A stretch of DNA of 64,000 nt from Elsinoe ampelina (taxonomy: Eukaryota). The stretch spans positions 764,227-828,226 of the forward strand of contig ML992501.1 in assembly GCA_010093995.1 (NCBI GenBank), in the 5' to 3' direction. How positions within the stretch are numbered: position 1 is the first letter of the stretch; each line of letters opens with the position of its first letter. A program made the position numbers and the translations under genes. The notes beneath the pieces were generated by a model. It saw only the letters and a list, made by a program, of their open reading frames with translations. It had not been told where the DNA came from and did no database searches. Positions 24,062 to 35,629 of the stretch are shown here, piece after piece.

Positions 24062-24253
24062 GTTGGTGGTGGCGGCCTCGTTCGTTGTAGTCTAGTAGCC
24101 GCTGTAGCAGAAGTCTGGTGCGGAATGTGTGGTATATCCCGCTCTTACAACTCAGCTCCTCAAACTCAATCCCAAATATTGTATATGCCCTCTCTTTCCC
24201 CCTTCCCAAATCCCTTCAGAGCAAAAGACTACACTCTCGGACGACCGGATGTC

Positions 24254-24306
24254 TGACTCACTGCCTCCCCATGGCATTGAGTGTCATGCGCGTCAGGTGT
24301 GACTCA
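24254..24306. promoter_or_regulatory. Two TGACTCA (Gcn4/CpcA/AP-1-type) sites upstream of ECM31
   Basis: Exact TGACTCA at 24254-24260 and 24300-24306, about 190-245 bp upstream of the ECM31 start codon. Confidence 0.5.
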
Positions 24307-24419
24307 GTTACGCCCTGGGAGAGCGCGGATAGGTATGGTTTCCCGGGGAAGGATTAGTGAGCCTCGTAAGATTTTCTGACGCGCTGCCCCGGAGCTTGAG
24401 CTTTGGATGGGACTGTGAT

Positions 24420-24560
24420 TGTTGTAACTGGCAAATCGGATCGAGAGACGTGTGTTTCATTCAGTGAGTTACAATAACCGATTATCTACTATGTGTGTGC
24501 TGACTCATTAGTACCAGTTCTTTAGTACCAGAGAAGCTGTACTAGTCCTCTATTACAACA
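24420..24560 (-). repeat. Copia 3' LTR (141 bp)
   Basis: Direct repeat of 38398-38538 with 8 differences, all transitions. Confidence 0.95.
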
Positions 24561-24929
24561 CTCCCCCTCTAGTATAGGTTGTTAAAGCTAAAGAACTGCC
24601 TGTTACATATAAGTAAAGTAATTAGGTTATTACTTTATCTTATTATAATTACTTATAATTATTAGTGTTAGCTAATTATTAGTAAGGGTTTACTATTAGT
24701 CTAGCTTATAGTTGTTAATAACAATAGTAACTATTAACAATAGCTAGGCAGCTATTGTTCTATTGTTCTATATAAATAAACTAGCTTATAAATCTTAACA
24801 AGGGAGATATAAGTATCTAGCTAGCTCCTTTATAGTTTCTCCTTTCTTTATTATACTTTATAGTAGTAGCCTGTCCTTTTATACTCTACTTTTACCCTCT
24901 TACTATACTATATCGATAATACTTACATT

Positions 24930-25957
24930 ATAAGCGCTATAGTATAGCAATAGCTAGGCATTAGTAGTATTACTACTAGTACTAGTGCTCTAGGTAGTCT
25001 ACTAGGTAGTAGAGGTAGTAGTAAGAAGAAGAATTCTTTATTAAGGTTACCTAGTACTTCTAATATTAACTATAACACTGCTATAAGATTAATTACTCGT
25101 CTTAATACTCTTAGTAAGTAGCTATAAAGTATTAATAGCACAAGCTAATATTAATAGCCTAATTAACTTAGACTTTAACTTAGTAGTTAGTAGATATAAT
25201 TTAGAATACTCTTCTTAGGCTTAGGATAATTAGTTATTATAACTATACTAACTTATATCCTATCTAGAGGTCTATAGCAGTCTAGGCCTTTAGTACCTAT
25301 AGTGTATACCTAGTAGTTACTAATTCTATTCTAGTTAAGGATCTAACTAAGTAAGTTAACCTTACTAGATCTACTAACTACTCTACTACTTTAATAGCTT
25401 CTAGTGCTACTAGTAGAGTAGTCTACTATAGTACTAATCGCTATACTAAGTGTTAGAGATCTAACTCTAGTAATAATTAGAGTAAGAGTAGAAGTAGTAA
25501 GTTTAGTAAGTATATTACTTTACCTAGTTAGCTTAATAAGGCCTACACTTACTATACTTATAGTAACTAATATACTAGATGTTCCTTAGCTAATTACACT
25601 TTAACTCTAAGACCTGTTAGCTCTCCTAAGCCTATAAGGACCTCGAGTAGCTTAAGAGTTATTACCTAGCCTATTCTATATAGCCTAATATACCTACTAA
25701 TAGAGCTCCTAAGGTCTACCTCCTTTAGTAGTACTTTACCTTAGAGATTCTTACTAAGGGCCTATATGCTAGAGGCATTATTAGATATAGTTAACACTTT
25801 AATAACTTATACTAACTCTTACTACTTTATTATAGTCCCTATAAACTTTATAGATCCTACTAACCTAACTACTACTAAGGTTTATAACTTAGCTACTATA
25901 GTAATAAACTATATAGTAGAGCTTATAAGGATTATAGCTACTAGCTACCCTAGTTAG
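24930..25957 (+). pseudogene. RIP-mutated, intron-containing accessory gene antisense within the Copia (CxxC..CxxC protein)
   Basis: Lies between the end of pol (~26320) and the 3' LTR. Intron-like GTAAGT..GCTAAT..TAG at 25114-25157, with further CTAA(C/T)..TAG acceptors at 25267, 25578 and 25835. One exon contains tat-agt-gta-tac (CxxC after reverting G>A) and tat-act-aag-tgt. The last exon coincides with the 3' part of ORF 25766-25957. Exact exon joins not fully resolved. Confidence 0.55.
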
Positions 25958-28336
25958 CTTTCTCCTATTTATGCCTTTATACTAGGCCTAGTACTAATAA
26001 GGTATAGTAGGTCTAGATCTAATACTTCTATAAGGTCTACTAGTAGTAATAAGGGGAGAAGTTCTCCTTCTATAAGGAAGTAATTTAAGGTAGAGAATAG
26101 GTAGAAGTTATTAAAGATAATAATAGTATTAAGTAGTAGATATAGCTTAGGTATAAGTAGCTAGTAATAAGGTTATAATAGCTTTTCCTTTTTCTCTTTT
26201 TAGTTATAAAGTAATTTACTTTAACCTTTAGATAAATAAGATAGCTTAATAAGTAGTAGTAGCATAAATAATATACTTAAAATAACAATACATATAAAAT
26301 CTAAATAAGTATATAGTATAGATATACACTAAGTAATTAGCCTTTACTAATTAATTAAGAATCTTATTAGGAGACTTAGGCTTTATAAGTATATTAGCTA
26401 ATTACTAAGTTATATTAATATACTTAAGCTTAATTACTCTAAGTTTATACTACTCTCTATAGTAGTAATTCCTTAAATTAATATACTTAGATCTCTTTAA
26501 ATTAGTATAATCTCTTATAAGTTTAATAGCTAATTTATTATTAATAAAGACTATAGTTAGACTAAGGTAGATATTAGTAAGTAGTCTAAGTTTAATAATA
26601 AGATTTCTTAACTAGTTAATCTCCCTATAGGTCTTAGTAAGGGTAAGGTATTTAGCCTTAGTACTTAATAATACAATAATCTTCTATAGCCTTAACTTCT
26701 AGATAACTAGTGTACTAAGTATATAGATAATAGTACTAGATATAGATCTTATAGTTAATCTATCTCTAGTAAAGTCTAAGTTAGAGTAGGCCTTAATTAT
26801 ATTAACTAATAGTCTACTAGTCTTCTTAAAAGTTAAACCCTTTATAAGAGTCTTATTAATATATCTCTAGATTTGTTTAGCTATAACTATATAGGATATA
26901 GTTAGATTCTAAAGGAATCTAGCTAGGTAGTTAGTAGTATAGCTAATATTAGGCCTTATATTATTAGCTAGATACTATAGTTTACTAATAATTCTATTAA
27001 ATATCTTATAGTATTAAGCATTAACTTAGCTATTAGTTAGTTTATAGAGTTAATTAATAAAATACTTTATAGTTCTTACTTAGTAAAGATTATAACCTTT
27101 AAGCTTTTCCTTTAAGTAGTGTAATTACTTAATCTTAATTATGTCCTTAGTTCTATAAAGTTAAATACTAAGGAATAAGTTTAAGTTTATAACCTTTATT
27201 AGAAACTTAAGGTAGAGGTCTTTAACTAGCTTATTAGTATACTTCTACTTAGTAGCAATAATCCTAAAGTTATTAATATATATAAGAACTATATAGTACT
27301 TATTAATAAAGAGGTAAGTATTACTATAGGACTTAATAAACCTAAGTAATAGAAGTGCTTTAACTATAGAATTATACTAGAGGGCTATAGCTTACTTAAG
27401 CCTATATAGGCCCTTTATAAGAATAATAAGCTTATTCTACTTATTAGGAATTAGTATACCTTCTAGATAGGAGATGTAGTTTTTAATATTAATATCTAGT
27501 CTAAGGAATATAGTAATAGTATCTACTATTATAATAACCTAGTTATAGTAGAGAGTATATACTAGAATTACTCTTCTAGTTTTAGCTTTTAGTATTAGTA
27601 TAAAGGTTCTAACAAAGTTAATACCTTACCTTTAGGTAAAGCCTCTTATAGTCTAGCGAGCCTTATATCTTTTAACTTTACTATTAGTAAGTCTCTTAGT
27701 CTTAAAGACCTATTTGTCTATTATTAGCTTAATACCTCTTAGTGCTTATAATTTCTTAATAATTAGAAAGGTTTTAGAGTTAGTTAGAGCCTTCTACTCT
27801 ACCTCTATTATAGCTTACTAGTAATAACCTTTAGGAGAGAATAGTATATCTCTTACTATTTGTAGGTCTAGCTTAAAATTAACAGCTATAGATCCAATAA
27901 TCTTACTATTATTAAGTTTCTTATAATTAATCTAGCGATATATTCTAAGGGACCTTCTAATAGTTTCTTATAGTAAGAGAGATCTCTTCCTTTTACTAGT
28001 TAGAGGTTATATATTAAATAGTATAATAAGGAAGTTAATATCCTTATTCTATATATATATTAGTAGTTAATTAACATTAACTATAGGATTAAAAGTAAAG
28101 TATAGTTTACTAATAACTTTAGGTAGTAGTATTATAAGGTCTTTACTTTTATAGTTAGTATTATTAGGTTACTTAGTAGGTTACTCCCTCTATTTATAAA
28201 TAGGTTAGAGATCTATTTAGGAGCGCTAATATTAAGGATGCTCCCTCTGTTCTTTAATAGGGGTAGGTAATTGTTTAGGGGTTATAGAGTAGTTAGGGGT
28301 TAGCTATTTAGCCTAAGTAGTTTATAGGTTCTTATA

Positions 28337-28534
28337 TGTAAGAACTAACGTAGTAAGTATACTACGCTAGCTTACCCCGGAGATACTATTCTCTATAGAA
28401 GAATAAAGCACTCCTCGCCTATAGAATAGATAGAGTAGAGATTAGTCTTACGACAATCGAGGGTATACTAGTGTAATACCTATTCTACTCCGGTGTACTT
28501 GTCTTTCTAGCTCTAATATCCTATCTTTGTTATA
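28337..28534 (+). repeat. Gypsy-1 5' LTR (198 bp)
   Basis: Direct repeat of 35432-35629, differing by transitions. Confidence 0.93.
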
Positions 28535-31500
28535 ATTCTAATCTCTCTTATATCCTATTAGATAGAGCTATATAGATAAGATAGTACCCCGTACTTAGCG
28601 CTAGTAAAACGACTAACTACTACTAGAGTAGTACTAGTATAGATAACTCTCTAATAGCTTAGCTATTAGCGAGACATTTACTAAATTAGCTATAACTCTA
28701 GAGATAACTCCTATTAAAGATCGCTAGGCTAGGGAAGGCCTAGCGCTAAGACTACACTACGCTAATATAGCTCCTATAGGAAGTATAGCCGACACAGGAA
28801 ATAATACTATATACAAAGCACTTCTTACTTATATCGCTTAGCTCAAGAATACACTTAATAGTTACTCTCTAGTTATAGCACCAGTACTACGTAGTTGTTT
28901 TAACAACATATAACTCAACAACATCTACCTAATAAACCTACAAATCGTAAGAGAGTATATACTAAACTTATACTACCCCGAGACCTTAGAGTCTACTATT
29001 ATAGTAAGAGTTAAGGAATTTATACACACGTATAATAACGTCTTTAAGATAGCGCCAAACATCTACTATAAAGAAGTTACTTAGTACTATATAGCTACTA
29101 GCTACTTAAAAGGTTAGCTTAGCTACAATTAGGACTTATATACTAAGAGCGCTAGTATTATACCCTTATAGAGCCTAATATAGTTCTAGCTTTAGGACTA
29201 AGCCTAGAGTTCTAAAAACTATAGTAATAGCTACGTAGTAAAGTTCTTTACGTCGTACTAGTATAGAGAATAGTTAATTACTAATTTCTATATGTTCCTT
29301 AATAGTTATAAGTTCTATATTAAGATAGCGCTACTCCTAAATAACGCCTGCTATATATAGCTTATTACCTATACTACGCCGGAGCTATACTTAAAAGCAC
29401 TCTATTAGAGGAACCTACCCCTAATTAAGGTAGAACTCCTAGTACATCTATCCTGTTTAGAGTAGAACCTACTAGGCTACTTCGACCCTATATAGAGGCA
29501 GTATAAGTGTAACACTAAAGAGAAGACTAATACTTTTACTAAAAGGCCTCGCTATAACGAAGACTATAAGGGCTAAAAGGACTAGTAGAGTAGCGCTAAC
29601 GCTACCTCTATAGCCCCTTAACCTAGCGCTACTTACCCTTATAACATCTATAAGAGCCTAGACTATTAGGCGCTAAACTATCTCTAGAAGGACTCTTTAA
29701 AACGGATAGTGTCCTTACGTTTACTAATCCTAAGTAGCTCTAGCATAATATAGAATATATACTAAATTTGCGCTAATATTATAGTTAACCTACCTAAAGG
29801 CCCTATCGAAGAAGTAGCTCTAATAGATAGTAGCGCTAATAGTAACTTTATTAGCTAGTATTTTACTATACGCTATTATATTACTATTAACCCCCTAGTA
29901 GTATACTAAGTACGTAGCTTAGATAAATATAAATTAACTACCTATAGATATACTAAGTTAGCCTTAGCTATTAAGAATAGTAAAGGAATAATATAGGCGT
30001 TACGCTAGTAGTTTAAAAGCGTTAATATAACTAGTTATAATCTTATATTAGGCCTACTATAGCTATTGTCCTATAACTCTAAGATTTAGTAGAGCGCTAG
30101 TACGTAGAGGCATTATACTAGCGCTATATAGGTGTTAATTCTAGATGTACTCTTCTTCTCCTAGGAGCTAAATTAGCCTAACGCTTAGCTCTACTAAGTA
30201 TATATATGCCGGGACGAACTTAGCGCTCTAACTCTACTATACTAGCTTAATAACTACGTAGATGTTTTTAATAAGAGCGTAGTAACAGCGCTACTAGGTA
30301 ACAATTTTACTTACTCTATCGATATTAAAGAGAGAGAATAGCTACTCTAGGGACCTATCTACTCCCTTAGTAAGAAGAAGCTTTAAGTACTTCGAGAGTA
30401 TATAGATAATAGCTTAGTAACGAGTTAACTCTAGCATAGTACTAGCTCTATAGAGTCTTCTATTCTATTCGTTCCTAAGAAGAATAGTTCGCTATATCTA
30501 TATATTAACTATTATAGGCTAAATAATGTTACTATTAAGAACTATTACTTCTTACCTCTAATTACTAAGATACTTAATTACATCGAGGGCATATACTTAT
30601 TTAGTAAGCTAGACCTTATAGATACCTACTATAGAGTACATATCTAGCGTAGTAATAAATAGAAGATAGCGTTCCGCTATTGCTATAGCTACTTCGAATA
30701 TACTATTATACCTTTTAGCCTTACTAATGCCCTAGCTACGTTCTAGGCTTATATATATTAGTACTTAAGTAGCTTAGTAGACTACTACTATATTATGTAC
30801 CTAAATAACATTCTAATCTACGCTAGCGACAAGCAAAAGTATCGCTAGGCTATTAGAAGCGTACTAGACCACCTATATAAGAATAGCCTCTATACAAAAC
30901 TAAAGAAGTATATCTTTAAGGCAATATAGGTAGCATTTCTAAGCTATATCGTTAGTAGCAATAGCGTTACGATAGAGTAGCCCTAGGTGTAAGCTATTAC
31001 TAACTAGCCTACTTCTACTAGCCTAAAGGAGTTATAAACCTTTCTTGAATTTACTAATTTCTACTATTAATTTATTAAGAGCTTCTCCTATATAGCGCTA
31101 CTACTAACTATACTTATACGAGAGTTAGTCTAAGAGAAGTAAGTAGGCCTATTTCTATAGAGTAATAACGTAGCGTAGGCCTTTAATAGGCTTAAAGCTA
31201 CCTTTACGTAAGTGCCTATACTACGCTACTTTTTAGTAAGTAAGCCTCTCTAGCTCGAGACTAACGCTTTAGATTTTATACTCTCTAGAGTAATCTCCTA
31301 GTAAAACAAAGGCGATACCCCTACGTAATACTAGTACTCTATAGCGTTCTAGTCCCGGAAGCTATAAGGTATAGAACTAAACTATACTACCTACGATAAA
31401 GAGCTTCTTACTATTATAGAAGTAGCACGGTACTAGCGCTAGTACCTACTTAGCGCCGCTACCCCGATTAAAGTCCTCTTTAACTATAATAACCTTAGGT

Positions 31501-33901
31501 ATTTCCTAACTACTAAGAAGCTTTTATAGCGCTAGGCCTACTATGCCGAGGTACTAGCGTAGTTCGATATTGTTATCTAGTACTATAGTAGAAAGACTAA
31601 CCTAGCTAATAGCCTATTATATAGGCCTAACTACTATAAGTATAAAGAAGGTACATAGAAAGAGCGCTATATATTAGTTCCTCTCTTAGAGTAAGTATTA
31701 TAAATACGAAGTAAAGGAGTTACACCTATATCTATTATAGACAAGAAACCTAAGGCTAGTAAGGCCTAGGAAGATAGTAATAAAGCTAGTATAGCTTATA
31801 TGTCTTAAACTACTCCCTAACGTAACGCGCTTATACAATTCTAGTATGCCTCTAGAATAGCGCCTATAAGTTTACCTATTACCTTAGGAGTGCTATAGCT
31901 ATACTAAGAAGAGTTAGAGCCTCTAGAGTAAGAAGAGTAGTACCTAGAGAGTACTTATATAAACCTTTCTCTAAGCCTAACTAGTAATATCGAATTAAGA
32001 CAATATATGCCTACTCTAGTATTCTAGAACGTGCCGCTACTTGCCTAGGAAATAATAGAGAGCTAAGAGTATAAAGACGGCGTAATACCTATATAACTCC
32101 GGGACACCTCTAGTAGAAAGCCTACTATAATTTTAGACTAGAGTCGGCAGATTACGCGCCTCTATACTATATAAGTACTAGTAGATAAGACTATATACAC
32201 CTCTTCTACTTCTATGTTACTCTAGGACCTTGTCTATATAGTATAGTAAAGGGACGCTTTTACTTATAGTAAGAAATAGAAACTTCTAAAAGAGAGAACC
32301 TCGACTAGTAATAGTACTACCCCTAAGTAAAGCCTGTCTAGTAATAGCTTACTCCGGAACGGAAATAGAGTATATATTCTAGAAGAAACTACCTTAAGAG
32401 TAGAGCTTATATAGCACAATTATAATAACTCCTTAGAGAGTTACTTTAGCTATATAAAGACCTATCTTAATATAAGAAGGAAGTACTAGTAGCTAGGTAT
32501 ATCTATCGCTACGAAAGTGTATATCGAGCGCTACGATAGCTACTAAAGGTATAAGGTAATGTAGTATAAGCCTTATAGCCTCCTATAACTCTTGCTAATT
32601 CCGCCTATACTCGAGGCCTTATAACACTAGTTACTTAATTTTATTACTAGCTTACCCCTAGTAGAGCTCTAGCCTAGCGTCGTTATAGATGCAATTATTA
32701 TATATATCTATTACTTGTCTAAGTTTAGTATCTATACGCTAATGTTAACTAAGCTTAATACTAGAGACTTTACTAATCTATTTAAAACAGATATTATAAT
32801 ATAGTTCGGAACGCTAAAGACACTAGTCTTAGATAGAGAATCTATCTTTATAAGCAAGTTCTAGAGTGCGCTATACTAGCGCTAGAAGGCATAACATAAG
32901 CTTAGTACTAGTTTCTATCTATAGATAGATAGCTAAACTAAAAGGCAAAACTAGACGCTAGAGTAGTACCTATATTACTTTGTCGACTATTACTAGACGG
33001 ACTAGCTATACTAGGTTAAGTAGGTACAATTTATGTATAATAATACGTATTAAGCGTTACTATACGCTACGCTAGTATAGTTCTTATTTACGTAGGAGAT
33101 ACGCCTACCTAATAACATCGAGGCGCTAGCGCTACCTAGCTACGCGCTAGTATATAACTTATTAGTTAATAACTAAGTATAATCTATTACCGAAACGCGT
33201 ACAGAGCTTACTTAATACCTACGTAAAGCATAGAAAGACTAAGCGCTAGCCTATAATAGAGATTAATAAGTAAAAGTCTTCTATAATAGCAACGAGATTA
33301 TACTTAGCACTAAGAACCTTCGTAGCGCTAGACCTAGCTATAAGCTATTAGCTAAGTATATTAGCCTATTTACAATTATATAACGAATTAGTACGTAGGT
33401 ATATAAGCTACGCTTACTAGACAAAATAAAGCTAATCTATAACGTCTTTAACGTCGCGCTACTAGAGCTATATAAGCGTAGTAAGGGCATATACCTACTA
33501 CTCCTAGAGGTAGAAGGGCAGGAAGAATATATTATTAAATATATTCTTAGTAAGGGCTATACTAGCACCTCGAAGGCGCTATACTACCTAGTAAAGTAGT
33601 AGAGTTACTCTATAGAAGAAAGTATATAGAAGCTAGTAAAAAACCTTATAAACGCTAAGGAATTACTATATAAATACGAGGTAGCTTAGCGTAAGTATAG
33701 CGCTAGCTAAACACTCTAGACACACTTAGGATTAATAAGTTAAAGGCACAAATCTTAAAGTAAAGAGTACCTAGGTATAGCGCTAGGTTAACTCGAGGTA
33801 TTATTAGCTTATATAGTAAAAACGCTAGCGTAGCAAAAACTATAGAATTATACTAAAGCAAAGGGGGTATAGTATAGGCGTAGTGCCCTAGCCTCCCTAC
33901 C

Positions 33902-34772
33902 TTAACTATCTATATTATCTACCTTAGTCTTATCCTTATTATTCTCCTTAACACTATTAATATACCTAGTTAGCGCCCTTATAGCGTTGTTAATTACCTA
34001 CGTAGTAGCGGCTTACTTGTTCTTAGTAACTACCTATAAGAAAGTTAGTATAGCTTAGGCGTTATAGAGGCGCACTTCTAGACTTATATAACTAGCTAAA
34101 GCCTTAAGTATAAAGCTAGTATTACTAATTATACCTAGGCGTAGCGCCTTTACTAGCTACTTAGTATCGCCTTTAGAGGTAGAGAGCGTAGCGATAGTAC
34201 TATTATAGCGTAAAGAAGTTATACTATTACTATTACTTTTATTAACTACTTTACTCTTGCCCTTAGCGTTAGACTTACTCTATGTATATTTAGCGCTAGC
34301 CTTCTCGTATATATAGTTAGTATAGATAGTAATTCGGCGCTTTAGAAGAATAATATTCTTCTTAGAAGTAGTAGCATCGTTATAGATTAGTATATATATA
34401 GTAAAGTATTTGTCCTAGAGCTTCTTAGTAGTAACTTAATCCTTAGAGTCGAGCTTAGTAGGCTACTAAGGTTAGTATAAAGTAGGTGTAGTATAGGTAT
34501 AGAGTATACCTAGTAGTAGTGTTTATTACTATAACTATAACAATTATAGTAGGTAGCCTTAGCCTTAGTAATCTAGTAGAGAGAATTCTTAATAGAGAGT
34601 ATACTATCTTCGAGCTAGAGGTGCTTATCGATAGTAATAGCGTAGTGTAAGTATAGTATAGAATACTAGTCCTAGTTAGTAAAATCGCTCTTATAGGGGC
34701 TATAAAAGGTTAGCGCTAGCGTAGCGTAAGTACTATATATAATACTTACTCTTTAGGAACTTTAGGAGCTAT
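33902..34772 (-). pseudogene. RIP-mutated 4-exon antisense accessory gene in Gypsy-1 (~239 aa, Cys-cluster protein with acidic tail)
   Basis: Exons 34772-34750, 34699-34510, 34462-34088 and 34033-33902 total 720 nt with compatible phases (2,0,0). The three introns have GTAAGT / GTATAC / ATAAGT(<GTAAGT) donors, CTAAC branch points and TAG acceptors. All internal stops are TAG/TAA, revertible to CAG/TGG/CAA. Confidence 0.75.
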
Positions 34773-34912
34773 AGTTATTAAAGTACGTAAGTGTATAGAA
34801 GGTAAGCTAGTATAGAGCTAAGATAATAAAAAGGAAAAAAAAATTACTACGTAGGTACTATACTAGGTTAGTAAATAAATAACTAAATAGATAAGCCCGA
34901 TAGCTAAATCTA

Positions 34913-34954
34913 TAGTAGCGTAGGCTTAGTATATATACTAAGCCTACGCTACTA
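34913..34954. repeat. Perfect 42-bp palindrome
   Basis: tagtagcgtaggcttagtatatatactaagcctacgctacta equals its own reverse complement. Confidence 0.9.
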
Positions 34955-35431
34955 GCCTAAGGGCTAGTAAGGCCTAGTCTATACTATATAGTACCTAAAA
35001 TAGATTACTAGTATAGTATTAGACTTATATAAGTATAGAGCTAGCGTTAAGTAGGATACTTACGCGAAGAAAGTATTATAAAGGAGAAAAGAAGAAGAGA
35101 AGGAAAAGAGAAAAATATATATCTAGCTCTAAGCTAAGCCTAATCCGGAGAATAATAAGTAGTAGTATATAATAATAGGTAGATCCTTATATATAAAGAT
35201 AATAATATAAGAGCGCTATATTTTATATATAAAGAATTATACTATTATTACTATATCTAGTATACGAAGAATAGTATAGACTACTATAGGCGCGCTATAC
35301 GCGCGAAGAGTATACTATACCTAAGAGGCGCTAGCGAGACACTCTTTTCTAGTTTTCTCCTATACTAGGTTTTTTAAGTTTTATTAAGGCTTATAGGCGC
35401 GAGGGCGTGCCCCTTAAAGAGGAGAAATAAT

Positions 35432-35629
35432 TATAAGAACCGACGTAGTAAGTATACTATACTAGCTTACCCTAGAGATACTATTCTCTATAGAAGAATA
35501 AAGTACTTCTTACCTATAGAATAGATAGAGTAGAGATTAGTCTTACGACAATCGAGAGTATACTAGTATAACACCTGTTCTACTCTAGTATACTTGTCTT
35601 TCTAGCTCTAATATTCTACCTTTGTTATA
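35432..35629 (+). repeat. Gypsy-1 3' LTR (198 bp)
   Basis: Direct repeat of 28337-28534, followed by TSD TTATA. Confidence 0.93.

Larger units (their letters stand above)
28337..35629 (+). mobile_element. Full-length Ty3/Gypsy chromovirus-type LTR retrotransposon nested in the Copia, RIP-inactivated
   Basis: 198-bp LTRs, TSD TTATA (28332-28336 / 35630-35634) and a purine tract before the 3' LTR. Degenerate protease ALIDSGA (~29820), RT YLDDILIY (tac-cta-aat-aac-att-cta-atc-tac ~30798), RNase H, integrase and chromodomain (EEY..IL..YYLVKW.GY..EE.TWE, ~33520-33690). Confidence 0.93.

Noticed and set aside
23090..24256. 388-aa + strand ORF and 326-aa alternative minus-frame ORF over ECM31
   Set aside because: Shadow ORFs caused by the extreme C/G skew; only the PanB frame has family motifs.
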